DNA from: an uncultured Bacteroidota bacterium | GTDB taxonomy: Bacteria > Bacteroidota > Bacteroidia > Bacteroidales > FEN-979 | Assembly (NCBI GenBank): GCA_937900965.1 | Contig: CALCGJ010000031.1 | Location: forward strand, 17,341-81,340 | Length of the DNA: 64,000 nt | Direction of reading: 5' to 3' | Shown: positions 26,077 to 35,618 of the stretch, in pieces | Position numbering within the stretch: the first letter of the stretch is position 1 | Layout of the letters: each line of letters starts with the position of its first letter | Position numbers and translations under genes: made by a program | Notes under the pieces: model-generated | What the model saw: the letters and a program-made list of their open reading frames with translations, nothing else | The model's database searches: none | Told to the model about the DNA's origin: nothing

Positions 26077-27006
26077 ATGAAAAAGGGATTGGCGATTGCA
26101 ATGTTTCTTATTTCGGCAGTAACATACAGCCAGCAGGATCCGCTATATACACAATACATGTATAATAAACTGGCGATCAATCCCGCTTATGCCGGCAGTC
26201 ACGAAGTACTTTCAGTAGAGGCCCTGACAAGGATTCAATGGGTTGGGATTACAGGAGCCCCCCGTACAACGTCGTTAACTGCCAGTACCCCTTTACGTAA
26301 TCCACGTATCGCGCTCGGACTCTATACTTACGTTGATAAACTTGGCCCTACAACTGATTATGGAGTGATGGGGAATTTTACATACAGGATTATTTTTGAT
26401 AACAGTAAACTGTGTTTTGGAGTTAATGCAGGGTTCAAATATTACAACATCGACTTTGCCTCTCTTAAGGCGAAAGATCCCGGAGATATTGAACTTATCA
26501 ACCAGGTGACAAACAAAGCAGTGCCTGATGTAGACTTCGGGATCTATTATTATACCCCCCGGTACTATGTAGGTTTATCATCCAAGCATCTGATACAGAA
26601 TCAGATGTCGGTTTCAAGTACTCCTTTACCGGATACCGATGTAAGTTTCTCCAGATTGAAGCGACACTTTTACGGAATAGCCGGTGCTGCTATCCCGTTA
26701 TCAGATAATCTGGTATTGATGCCTTCCCTGTTAATGAAACTGGTTGAAGGAGCCCCTTTTCAAACCGATATCAATGCAAGTATCCTCATTCGTGAAATAT
26801 TTACTATAGGGGCTTCCTACCGAACGAATGCAGCCATTGCCTTTCTGGTTGAAGTCAATATTACGAAGAACCTTTCCATTGGATATTCTTACGATATATG
26901 GTTCAATGCCCTCCAGGGGTATAACAAGGGTTCTCATGAAATCAGGATTGGTTATGATGTAAATCTTTTTGATAATTCACGGATGCTTACTCCCAGGTAT
27001 TTTTAA
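26077..27006 (+). CDS. PorP/SprF-family type IX secretion system membrane protein
   Basis: The ATG at 26077 gives MKKGLAIAMFLISAVTYSQQDPLYTQYMYNKLAINPAYAG, the characteristic PorP/SprF N-terminus. The protein is about 310 aa with beta-barrel-like composition. Confidence 0.85.
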   Translation: MKKGLAIAMFLISAVTYSQQDPLYTQYMYNKLAINPAYAGSHEVLSVEALTRIQWVGITGAPRTTSLTASTPLRNPRIALGLYTYVDKLGPTTDYGVMGNFTYRIIFDNSKLCFGVNAGFKYYNIDFASLKAKDPGDIELINQVTNKAVPDVDFGIYYYTPRYYVGLSSKHLIQNQMSVSSTPLPDTDVSFSRLKRHFYGIAGAAIPLSDNLVLMPSLLMKLVEGAPFQTDINASILIREIFTIGASYRTNAAIAFLVEVNITKNLSIGYSYDIWFNALQGYNKGSHEIRIGYDVNLFDNSRMLTPRYF

Positions 27007-27024
27007 TTATACTATCTCCGGAAA

Positions 27025-29076
27025 ATGAACCAGCGTTCCCTCTTCATCACAATTCTATTTATTGCAGGAATTTGCCTGGTCACTTTTGGTCAGATCAAAA
27101 AGGCAAAAAAACAGATGGCTCTGTATAATTATTCAGAAGCTATGTCGATTCTGAACAGGTCACTGAAAAAAGGCAACACGGATAAACAGGCAGTCATTCT
27201 CCTGATTGCAGAGTGTTACCGGAAGCAAAATGATGTCGAAAATGCCAGAAAATTTTATGAAAAGGCCATAGGATATGGGGCCACAGAGCCTACTACCCTG
27301 TTTAATTACGCACAGGCATTGCGGTCATGCGGAGAGTATAAGCAGGCCAGGAAATACTTTTTAGCGTATTGTGAACTTGTCCCTGGCGATTGCCGTGCGA
27401 AGAGCCTGGCAGATTACTGTGACACTGCCCTTGTATGGCGCGATATCCCACCTGTTTTTGAAATAAAAAATGCCACCTCCCTGAATTCAAAAGAGGCCGA
27501 GTTTGGTCCGGTAATTTTTGAGAACCAGGTTTGTTTCACTTCGGATCGCACGCTCTCAGGAAAAAGCACAGAGAGTTATGGTTGGACCGGTAATGCTTAC
27601 CTCCGTTTATATTTTTCTGTTCCATTGTCTGCGGATGACCTCTATCAGGGCTTTAAAGATATAAAGATGGCCCCCGATTTATTTAATAAGGCATTTCATG
27701 ACGGTCCGGCATCCTTTACATCCGATTTCTCTGAAGTGCTTTTCAACCGTACGCTAACTTATAAGGATAAAGGAAAAAAGGATGAACATAAGATCAGAAC
27801 CCATTTGCTGAAAATTTATCATTCTGAACGAAACGATTCGAAATGGATGAAAGCTGTTCCGTTTTTCCTGAACAGTGACGATTACTCCGTTGGTCATCCG
27901 GCTTTTTCCCCGGATGGGAATGTGCTCTATTTTGTTTCTGACATGGAGGGTGGATATGGCGGGACAGATCTATATATGTGTCATCGTGAAGATTCGAAAT
28001 GGAGCCAGCCGATAAACCTTGGACCAGTCATCAATACGTTCGGCAATGAGATGTTTCCTTTCATGGCTAATGATGAGACCCTTTACTTTGCATCTGATGG
28101 ACATCCGGGATTTGGGGGCCTCGATATATTTCTCACCCAACTTGCAGATAGCACCTGGTTGTTTCCGCAACAAATGGGAATGCCCATTAACACTTCATTT
28201 GATGATTTTTCATTTTTCATCTCGGAAGATAGAGGGCAAGGAATCTTTAGTTCCAACCGACCAGGTGGATTAGGGAGTGATGACCTCTACTTGTTCCGTC
28301 GCTTACCGAAATCCATACAGTCACCAGTTTCAATAACTACTCCCTTTCTTTCAGGGTATGTAAAAGACAAGAGAAACCTCAATCCCATTGATAAAGCAAC
28401 GGTTTTCATTTTTGAAAAGGGAAAAGCTCAGGTTCTTGTCCTTAAAACTGACTCCAATGGGTATTACAGAACCGAAATAACGCCAGGTGAATTATATACT
28501 GTCAAAGCAATGCATACCGCCTATATCGCCGATTGTTTTCAAGTTAAAGCCGACAATTTGAGTGAGGAGGTGGAGCAAAATGCACCGCGTGACCTCCTTC
28601 TTGATGTTCTGGACAGCGACCGTGTCTTTGTGCTTGAGAATATCTATTACGACCTCGATAACTGGAACATCCGCGATGATGCGAAACCCGCACTGGATAA
28701 ACTGGTCGTAGCTATGAAAGAAAATCCGGTTAATATTGAACTCGGATCACATACCGACAGCAGAGCTTCGGATGTTTATAACCTTCAATTATCCCAAAAA
28801 AGGGCTGAGTCGGCCGTAAAATATATTATATCACAGGGAATTAACCCGGATCGGATAACTGCCAAAGGATATGGGGAAACACAACTTGTAAATGGATGCA
28901 AGGATGGAGTATCCTGTAGCGAAGAGGATCACCAACAGAACCGGAGAACCGAATTCAAAGTGATCTCATGGGATAATGACAAGCACGAAGAAACCTTCAA
29001 TCCAGCCAATTACTTTCACGGAGAGATGATTGATGCACTGCTGTTACGCGAAGATTTTTTTATCTTTTGCAAGTAA
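27025..29076 (+). CDS. OmpA-family protein (TPR, TolB-like beta-propeller repeats, carboxypeptidase-regulatory-like domain, OmpA C-terminal peptidoglycan-binding domain)
   Basis: It has PD40-like repeats (FSPDGNVLYFVSD, YFASDGHPGFGGLDIF, SNRPGGLGSDDLY). The C-terminal OmpA motif is NIELGSHTDSRASDVYNLQLSQKRAESAVKY. Confidence 0.85.
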   Translation: MNQRSLFITILFIAGICLVTFGQIKKAKKQMALYNYSEAMSILNRSLKKGNTDKQAVILLIAECYRKQNDVENARKFYEKAIGYGATEPTTLFNYAQALRSCGEYKQARKYFLAYCELVPGDCRAKSLADYCDTALVWRDIPPVFEIKNATSLNSKEAEFGPVIFENQVCFTSDRTLSGKSTESYGWTGNAYLRLYFSVPLSADDLYQGFKDIKMAPDLFNKAFHDGPASFTSDFSEVLFNRTLTYKDKGKKDEHKIRTHLLKIYHSERNDSKWMKAVPFFLNSDDYSVGHPAFSPDGNVLYFVSDMEGGYGGTDLYMCHREDSKWSQPINLGPVINTFGNEMFPFMANDETLYFASDGHPGFGGLDIFLTQLADSTWLFPQQMGMPINTSFDDFSFFISEDRGQGIFSSNRPGGLGSDDLYLFRRLPKSIQSPVSITTPFLSGYVKDKRNLNPIDKATVFIFEKGKAQVLVLKTDSNGYYRTEITPGELYTVKAMHTAYIADCFQVKADNLSEEVEQNAPRDLLLDVLDSDRVFVLENIYYDLDNWNIRDDAKPALDKLVVAMKENPVNIELGSHTDSRASDVYNLQLSQKRAESAVKYIISQGINPDRITAKGYGETQLVNGCKDGVSCSEEDHQQNRRTEFKVISWDNDKHEETFNPANYFHGEMIDALLLREDFFIFCK

Positions 29077-29112
29077 ACTGACAACACAGCTGATTTTTTC
29101 CCTGTTATTATG

Positions 29113-29120
29113 TAAGTTTG
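29113..29120 (+). promoter_or_regulatory. Candidate -7 box TAAGTTTG
   Basis: It matches TAnnTTTG and lies 19 nt upstream of the ATG at 29139. Confidence 0.4.
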
Positions 29121-29138
29121 TTTAACAAAACCCAGAAC

Positions 29139-30080
29139 ATGAAAAAATATTTTATACTTATTATGTTTCTCGTAATCTCCAGCCTGGTTTTAGGGCAGGA
29201 TATCAAAGAAGTTGCTGCGGCCGTCGACAAATCTAAAACAGGTGCCTCTTCCGACAGTATTAAGCACTGGAATGTCAGTGGAATGGGTTCTTTGAGTTTT
29301 GCGCAGGCAGGTTACTCTAACTGGGCCGCGGGGGGGACAAACTCCCTGGGGCTTATTGGAATGATCAACCTGAACATCAACTATTCAAAAGGGAAGCATG
29401 CCTGGGCCAACATCGTAGACCTGGCTTACGGATTCCAGTTTCTCGGTCTTGGCTCCAGCTCGCAGCAATACAATAAAACAGACGACAAAATTGAGCTGAC
29501 TTCCACGTATGGATATGAGATCCATCGAAACAAAAAATGGTATGCATCCGTGCTGGCAAACTTCAAGTCCCAATTCTCAAAAGGGTACAAATATCCTGAC
29601 GACAGCACGGTGATCTCCACCATCATGGCTCCGGGATACCTGGTAGCCGGTATAGGCGTGACCTATGTTCCTGCCAAATGGTTCAGGCTTTACCTCTCAC
29701 CAACCTCTGGCAGATTTACCTTCGTTCTTGACCAGGCATTGTCCGATTCCGGCGCTTTTGGAGTGACACGCGGCAAGAATATCCGTGGTGAGTTTGGAGT
29801 CTATATTCGCGCCGATCTAAATAAGGATCTGGCCAAGAACATCAACCTCACCTCATCACTGGAACTCTTTACCGATTATCTGAATAACTTCGGGAACATC
29901 GATGTTAACTGGAATGTGCTTTTAACATTGAAGGTGAACAAATGGCTTGCGGCAACCATCAATGCCAATTTGATATACGATGACGATGTTAATATCAAAA
30001 ATTCACCAACAGATCCGGGCGGACCGAGGACACAGTTTAAAGAGGTGATTGGGGTCGGAATTTCGTATAAGCTAAACTGA
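29139..30080 (+). CDS. DUF3078-family outer-membrane beta-barrel protein
   Basis: The signal peptide is MKKYFILIMFLVISSLVLGQ. The motif WNVSGMGSLSFAQAGYSNWAAGG is typical of DUF3078. Confidence 0.7.
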   Translation: MKKYFILIMFLVISSLVLGQDIKEVAAAVDKSKTGASSDSIKHWNVSGMGSLSFAQAGYSNWAAGGTNSLGLIGMINLNINYSKGKHAWANIVDLAYGFQFLGLGSSSQQYNKTDDKIELTSTYGYEIHRNKKWYASVLANFKSQFSKGYKYPDDSTVISTIMAPGYLVAGIGVTYVPAKWFRLYLSPTSGRFTFVLDQALSDSGAFGVTRGKNIRGEFGVYIRADLNKDLAKNINLTSSLELFTDYLNNFGNIDVNWNVLLTLKVNKWLAATINANLIYDDDVNIKNSPTDPGGPRTQFKEVIGVGISYKLN

Positions 30081-30137
30081 TGCGGAACAGGATAAAAGTT
30101 GTAAATTGCCAACTAAAACCTATAACCTGAATCCAAT

Positions 30138-30410
30138 ATGGCAACTAAATCACTTTACGACCAGGGTCTTCCTCATGACGAGATAAAGTACCTGGAACAC
30201 TTTCAACGGGGTAATGATTTCTGTAAGATTGAACTCTACCGGTCGGCCCGCGAAGAGTTCAAAGCAGCATTACACTACAAACCCGGCGATGAAGCTTCGA
30301 AAAAGCTGGAGACAGATTGCGAACTCCAGATTAAATCCGACGCAAAAAAGGTGTATGTTATTGTTCCTGTTGTTTTGGCCATTATTGCGGCTGTGATTAT
30401 CTTCGTGTAG
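30138..30410 (+). CDS. Small hypothetical protein with C-terminal TM anchor
   Basis: 90-aa ORF. The C-terminal hydrophobic helix is VYVIVPVVLAIIAAVIIFV. The soluble part is helical and TPR-like. Confidence 0.4.
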   Translation: MATKSLYDQGLPHDEIKYLEHFQRGNDFCKIELYRSAREEFKAALHYKPGDEASKKLETDCELQIKSDAKKVYVIVPVVLAIIAAVIIFV

Positions 30411-30428
30411 CTCTTTTCCCCAGCGCTC

Positions 30429-32447
30429 ATGAAGGAACAAAAACTACGCATCGTCAAAGAGGATCCCTGGCTCGAACAGGCTGAAGCAGAGATCAGCAAC
30501 AGGTACCATCGATACTGTGACCAGCTCAATTCTATAGAATCTGAAGAGGGCTCTCTCACACGTTTTGCTGATGGCTATTTATACTTCGGTATCACTTACA
30601 ACCGGAAACACAAAGGATGGTATTACAGGGAGTGGGCGCCTCACGCAGAAGACCTCTACCTGTTTGGAGACTTCAACGACTGGCAGCGTTACTCCCACCG
30701 GATGAGCCGAATTGAATACGGTGTTTGGGAGATATTTCTACCGGAAGAGGAGTATAGGGAGCGGTTTACACATCAAAGTAAAATCAAAGTACTGGTTCAT
30801 TCCGAAACGGGATGGCAGGAGAGGATTCCAGCGTATATCAGAAGGGTTGTACAGGATCCAATCAGTCTTGATTACACAGGTCAGGTGTGGCTTCCACCTA
30901 AACCATTCAACTGGGAAAAAGATAATTTTTCCATTGGACGGCTGAAAGAGTTGGTGATCTATGAAACACATCCCGGAATGTCGCAGGAACGGGAAGGTGT
31001 TGGCACATTTGTCGAGTTCGCCGATTACCTTATTCCCTACATAAAGAATGCGGGCTATAATGTAATTCAACTGATGGCGGTTGCCGAACATCCCTATTAT
31101 GGCTCCTTCGGATATCATGTCACCAATTTTTTCGCAGTATCCAGCCGGTTTGGCACACCTGAAGATCTGAAATACCTCATCAAAAAGGCTCACGAACAGG
31201 ATATAGCAGTGATCATGGACGTGGTTCACTCCCATGCTGCCAAGAATACCCTGGAGGGGCTGAATGGATTTGATGGTTCCGGTCATCAGTATTTTCACGC
31301 AGATGAACGCGGGAACCATCCTCACTGGGACTCTAAGATTTTTGATTACGGCAAACGTGAAGTCCTTCGTTTTCTCCTTTCAAATCTAAAATTCTGGTTG
31401 AAGGAGTTTCATTTTGACGGTTTCCGCTTCGATGGTGTAACCAGCATGATCTATTTTGATCATGGCTTCCGGGAAATATGGGACCTGAAAGGATTTTTCA
31501 AAGAGGGAGTAGAGTGGGATGCCCTCACCTACCTCCAACTAGCCAACACATTGGTACACAGGATCAAGCCAAAATCGGTTACAATAACAGAGGAGGTCAG
31601 CGGTATGCCAGGCATGTGCTGGCCTATAAAGGATGGGGGCATTGGCTTTGATTACCGTTTGGGTATGGCAATTCCCGACTATTGGATCCGGCTTCTCAAA
31701 GAGAAACAGGATGAAGATTGGAATATTCATGATCTCTGGCACACATTGAATGATCACCTGCCCTCTGTTAAAACAGTAGCCTATTGCGAGTCCCACGACC
31801 AGGCATTGGTTGGAGACCAGACCCTCGCATTCAGGTTGATGCAATCAGAGATCTATTTCAATATGTCAAAACACGATCAGAGCGTAGTCATTGACCGGGG
31901 GCTGGCACTTCACAAGATGATCCGGTTGATCACGATCTCACTTGGTGGACAAGCTTACCTGAACTTTATGGGAAATGAGTTCGGCCATCCCGAATGGATC
32001 GATTTCCCCCGGGAGGGCAATAACTGGAGTTTCTATCATGCCCGCCGGCAATGGTCTCTGGTGGAAAATCCGGATCTGAAATACCACTTTCTTGCTGAAT
32101 TTGACCGAAAGATGCTAAGTATTGTCAAAGCACATCATATTCTTTCTCAAAATTACGGACAGCAAATCAACATGGATGAAGAGAATAAAACCATTGTGTT
32201 TGAGAAAGAGGGACTGATCTTTGTCTTTAACTTCCACCCCGACCGCTCAATCCCCGGCTACTCTTTTCAGTTGCCGGAACCAGGAGATTATATCCCTGTG
32301 TTAAATACCGATAGTCCTGAATTCGGTGGCCAGGGAAGGATCGACGAATTACAAAAACACATCACCACATTCGATATAAAAACCAGGACCCACTGGCTTA
32401 CAATCTACAACACCAACCGCACCGCACAGATCTTCAAACGGGTTTAA
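30429..32447 (+). CDS. glgB: 1,4-alpha-glucan branching enzyme, GH13 (eukaryote-like GH13_8 type), cytoplasmic
   Basis: The four GH13 regions are DVVHSHA, GFRFDGVTSM, TITEEVSGMP and AYCESHDQALVGD. No signal peptide is present. Confidence 0.88.
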   Translation: MKEQKLRIVKEDPWLEQAEAEISNRYHRYCDQLNSIESEEGSLTRFADGYLYFGITYNRKHKGWYYREWAPHAEDLYLFGDFNDWQRYSHRMSRIEYGVWEIFLPEEEYRERFTHQSKIKVLVHSETGWQERIPAYIRRVVQDPISLDYTGQVWLPPKPFNWEKDNFSIGRLKELVIYETHPGMSQEREGVGTFVEFADYLIPYIKNAGYNVIQLMAVAEHPYYGSFGYHVTNFFAVSSRFGTPEDLKYLIKKAHEQDIAVIMDVVHSHAAKNTLEGLNGFDGSGHQYFHADERGNHPHWDSKIFDYGKREVLRFLLSNLKFWLKEFHFDGFRFDGVTSMIYFDHGFREIWDLKGFFKEGVEWDALTYLQLANTLVHRIKPKSVTITEEVSGMPGMCWPIKDGGIGFDYRLGMAIPDYWIRLLKEKQDEDWNIHDLWHTLNDHLPSVKTVAYCESHDQALVGDQTLAFRLMQSEIYFNMSKHDQSVVIDRGLALHKMIRLITISLGGQAYLNFMGNEFGHPEWIDFPREGNNWSFYHARRQWSLVENPDLKYHFLAEFDRKMLSIVKAHHILSQNYGQQINMDEENKTIVFEKEGLIFVFNFHPDRSIPGYSFQLPEPGDYIPVLNTDSPEFGGQGRIDELQKHITTFDIKTRTHWLTIYNTNRTAQIFKRV

Positions 32448-32480
32448 CCCCGGTTCTGCAAAAATCTGAGAGAAAACGAT

Positions 32481-32488
32481 TACTTTTG
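32481..32488 (+). promoter_or_regulatory. Candidate -7 box TACTTTTG
   Basis: It matches TAnnTTTG and lies 23 nt upstream of the ATG at 32511. Confidence 0.4.
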
Positions 32489-32510
32489 CATTATCTATAA
32501 TCCCACGAAT

Positions 32511-34118
32511 ATGAACAATTCTGCAACCAGGTTTGTGCTAATACTGCTTCTGCTTACTCCCTTAAGTGTTTTGCAAGCTTCAGGCGAAATCGCCGACACG
32601 TCATACAACTTCCTGTTCAAGCTGAACATGACCAAAGCCGTCCAGGATAGCCTTTTTAATCCCAACTCCGACACCGTCTATGTCCATTTCGAAGAGAACA
32701 TTCCTGACCTTCAACTATTTGAAGGCTCAGACCGGGTTTTCAGCGGTCTGATTCAGCAGGGGCTTGATTCGGGTGCTACATATCACTTCAGATACCGCAT
32801 CATCAGTGGCAATGATACAATTGATGAGTCAATCAGCAGAGAGGTTACAGCAATGCCGGGAGTAACAGAGATTTTCGCCTGGTGGAATGATGAATACCTG
32901 AATACTACAACCTTTCGCGTAAATTTCTCGGGAACTCCGGATTCAGTTTTCCACATCGGTGTGGATACAATACAGATCATGGGTGATATGACAGAGTGGG
33001 AACCAATCCAGCTCCAGCGTGCAGGATCCACCTCTGACTACGATATCTCATTCCACCTTGATCCCTCCCTTCTTTATGAATATATCTTCAGGATCATCCG
33101 GGATAGTATAATAACCTATGAGGACTTTGGAGGCCTGAGCCGGATGTTTTTACCACCTGACACTACGATCACTGTTATTCAGTATTTTAACAATCAGGAT
33201 ACAACGAAAATATTGTTGACTCTTGAATGCAACATGAACATCCAGACTGAATTTGGGAACTTTAATCCACTAACCGACTTTCTCGATGTGGCAGGAAATT
33301 TCAACGACTGGGGAGCGTGGGATCTTCTATACGACCCTTATCAAACCGGTCGGTATACGATCTCAAAGTTGTTTGACAATACACTGATTGGAGGAGCTCC
33401 CGTCGAATTCAAATTCCGGATTAACGGATCCTGGGCTACCGCTGAGCTTGACAGCCTGGATCCCCGTTCATATGTACTTCAACCGATTGACACAAACGGA
33501 AACCCCAATACGTACATTTGCTGGTATAACAATATAGGCCCTGTTGTTCCCTCACCACCCTGGGTAACGGATTTGTACATCCAGGGGTTAATAGAGGTGA
33601 AGCAGATTCTCACCGGATCATACCTCTATCATAATCTGAGCGGAATTCCTGAGGGAAACTCTCTTTACAAGTGGTACCGGGCCGATTCTGTAGGAGGGAC
33701 ACTGGAACCGATCGATAGCGCATGGACCGTCAATTACACGACCGACACCATTGCTGATATGGGGAAATACCTTGTGTTTGAGGTTACTCCTGTTGCATCT
33801 TCCGGCGAAGATACACTGGGTTTGCCTGTACAGGTTTATACCACAGGCCGTATCGGTGGCGTCGGCATTCAGGAATTTGCGCAGAACCCTATCCGTATCT
33901 ATCCCAATCCAGCAGAGTATGCAATTATATGCGAAGGTTTATATCCTATCAATCAGGTTGAGATATTCTCCCTTGTAGGCCAGGTTGTATTCAGAGCAAC
34001 TCATTTTGATGAGAAAAGTGTCAGGCTTGATATTTCCACGCTTCCTCCGGGTTTGTATCTGTTGAAAGCCTATAGCGCGGATCACCTGCCTGCGCTTCAG
34101 AGGTTTATTAAACAGTGA
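32511..34118 (+). CDS. T9SS-secreted protein with repeated putative glycan-binding (CBM-like) modules; paralog of 50703..52712
   Basis: It has a signal peptide. The internal modules are LDVAGNFNDWGAW…EFKFRINGSWATAEL. The C-terminal T9SS domain is IRIYPNPAEY…GLYLLKAY…FIKQ. A block of about 120 aa is shared with ORF 50703. Confidence 0.75.
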   Translation: MNNSATRFVLILLLLTPLSVLQASGEIADTSYNFLFKLNMTKAVQDSLFNPNSDTVYVHFEENIPDLQLFEGSDRVFSGLIQQGLDSGATYHFRYRIISGNDTIDESISREVTAMPGVTEIFAWWNDEYLNTTTFRVNFSGTPDSVFHIGVDTIQIMGDMTEWEPIQLQRAGSTSDYDISFHLDPSLLYEYIFRIIRDSIITYEDFGGLSRMFLPPDTTITVIQYFNNQDTTKILLTLECNMNIQTEFGNFNPLTDFLDVAGNFNDWGAWDLLYDPYQTGRYTISKLFDNTLIGGAPVEFKFRINGSWATAELDSLDPRSYVLQPIDTNGNPNTYICWYNNIGPVVPSPPWVTDLYIQGLIEVKQILTGSYLYHNLSGIPEGNSLYKWYRADSVGGTLEPIDSAWTVNYTTDTIADMGKYLVFEVTPVASSGEDTLGLPVQVYTTGRIGGVGIQEFAQNPIRIYPNPAEYAIICEGLYPINQVEIFSLVGQVVFRATHFDEKSVRLDISTLPPGLYLLKAYSADHLPALQRFIKQ

Positions 34119-34120
34119 TG

Positions 34121-34187
34121 AGGTGACAAGGTAACAAGGTGAAAAGGTGACAAGGTACAAATTCACGTTATTCACGTTATTCACGAT
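34121..34187. repeat. Tandem 8-mer (AGGTGACA-type x5) followed by 9-mer (ATTCACGTT x3)
   Basis: Read directly: aggtgaca aggtaaca aggtgaaa aggtgaca aggtacaa | attcacgtt attcacgtt attcacgat. It fills the spacer between the stop at 34118 and the ATG at 34200. Confidence 0.9.
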
Positions 34188-34199
34188 TACTACTGACGC

Positions 34200-35513
34200 A
34201 TGACCAAAAAACCAGCGTTATCGTTCTGGCAAATCTGGAACATGAGTTTCGGTTTCCTTGGGATCCAGTTTGGTTGGGGGCTTCAGATGGCAAATATGAG
34301 CGCCATCTACGAATACCTGGGAGCTGAACCTGATCAAATTCCATTACTCTGGCTGGCTGCGCCTTTAACCGGGTTGATCGTGCAGCCTATAATCGGAAAC
34401 ATGAGTGACCGCACCTGGAACCGCATGGGTCGCCGTCGCCCCTATTTTCTTGTCGGGGCTCTTCTCTCTTCTGCAGCGCTCATTTTCATGCCCAACTCTT
34501 CGGCGTTATGGATGGCCGCCGGATTACTCTGGGTACTGGATGCCTCAATCAACATTTCGATGGAACCATTTCGCGCTTTTGTAGCCGATATGTTACCTGA
34601 AAAACAACGGGCAAGGGGATTTGCTATGCAGAGTATCTTTATTGGGTTGGGAGCTATAATTGCATCAGCTCTTCCCTGGATACTTACGAACCTGTTCGAC
34701 GTGCAAGGCGGGAGTAGTGAAGGTTCAGTCATACCCCTATCCGTAAAACTTTCTTTTTACGTAGGAGCTGCTGCTTTCTTCGGAGCAGTCCTCTGGACTA
34801 TCATCCGTACCAAAGAGTACCCCCCTGAGGATATGGAAGCATTCAGAGCAAAAAATACGGAAAGGCGCAGCATCGGCCAGTTTTTTACCGAGATATTTCA
34901 GGATATTCTTCACATGCCTGCGGCAATGAAAAGACTGGCCTGGGTTCAGATATTTTCCTGGCTCGGACTTTTTTGTATGTGGCTCTATTTTCCTGTTGCT
35001 GTTGCACGGAATGTGTTTGGTGCTCCCTCAGAGACTTCTGAGATCTACCAGCAAGGAATCGAATGGGCCGGTCTCTGTTTTGCCATGTATTCTCTCGTTT
35101 GCTTTGGATTCGCTTTCCTGCTACCCCTAATCGCAACGCGGATCGGGATGGCGTGGACCCATATCATCAGTCTGGCCTGTGGCGCTGCAGGGCTTATATC
35201 GGTTGCTGTCATCCACGACCCCTGGCTTCTTATGCTCTCCATGACTGGAGTTGGCATTGCCTGGGCAAGTATCCTCTCCATGCCATATGCCATCCTTTCA
35301 GGATCTTTACCTCCGGAAAAAACAGGTGTTTACATGGGGATATTCAACTTTTTCATTGTTCTTCCGGAGATCTTTGCCTCACTGGTATTCGGATGGGTGA
35401 TGCTGAACATCCTTGACAATAACCGTATGGCCGCCGTGATTGCCGGAGGAGTCTGCATGCTGATCGCCGCAGGGTTTATGTTGCGGGTCAGGGACGAAGG
35501 AAATAGCGCATAG
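34200..35513 (+). CDS. MFS sugar transporter, SLC45/GPH-like (probable maltose/malto-oligosaccharide:H+ symporter)
   Basis: It has 12-TM composition and the signature [21 protein letters not shown]. It lies in an alpha-glucan locus. Confidence 0.8.
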   Translation: MTKKPALSFWQIWNMSFGFLGIQFGWGLQMANMSAIYEYLGAEPDQIPLLWLAAPLTGLIVQPIIGNMSDRTWNRMGRRRPYFLVGALLSSAALIFMPNSSALWMAAGLLWVLDASINISMEPFRAFVADMLPEKQRARGFAMQSIFIGLGAIIASALPWILTNLFDVQGGSSEGSVIPLSVKLSFYVGAAAFFGAVLWTIIRTKEYPPEDMEAFRAKNTERRSIGQFFTEIFQDILHMPAAMKRLAWVQIFSWLGLFCMWLYFPVAVARNVFGAPSETSEIYQQGIEWAGLCFAMYSLVCFGFAFLLPLIATRIGMAWTHIISLACGAAGLISVAVIHDPWLLMLSMTGVGIAWASILSMPYAILSGSLPPEKTGVYMGIFNFFIVLPEIFASLVFGWVMLNILDNNRMAAVIAGGVCMLIAAGFMLRVRDEGNSA

Positions 35514-35578
35514 CGCAGAGCACAGAGCACAGATTAGTTTTGTTTAATCCTGAGCCCTGTGCCCTGAGCCCTGCGCAA
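35503..35578. repeat. Two heptamer arrays forming an imperfect inverted pair (ATAGCGC ATAGCGC AGAGCAC AGAGCAC … TGAGCCC TGTGCCC TGAGCCC TGCGCAA)
   Basis: Read directly. It starts inside the last codons of the MFS gene (stop at 35511..35513). A related word, GCTCAGGGCACAGG, recurs at about 60624..60637. Confidence 0.85.
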
Positions 35579-35618
35579 CAATTCTTTAACGGCTCAAATT
35601 ATAATCTAAATACACAAT

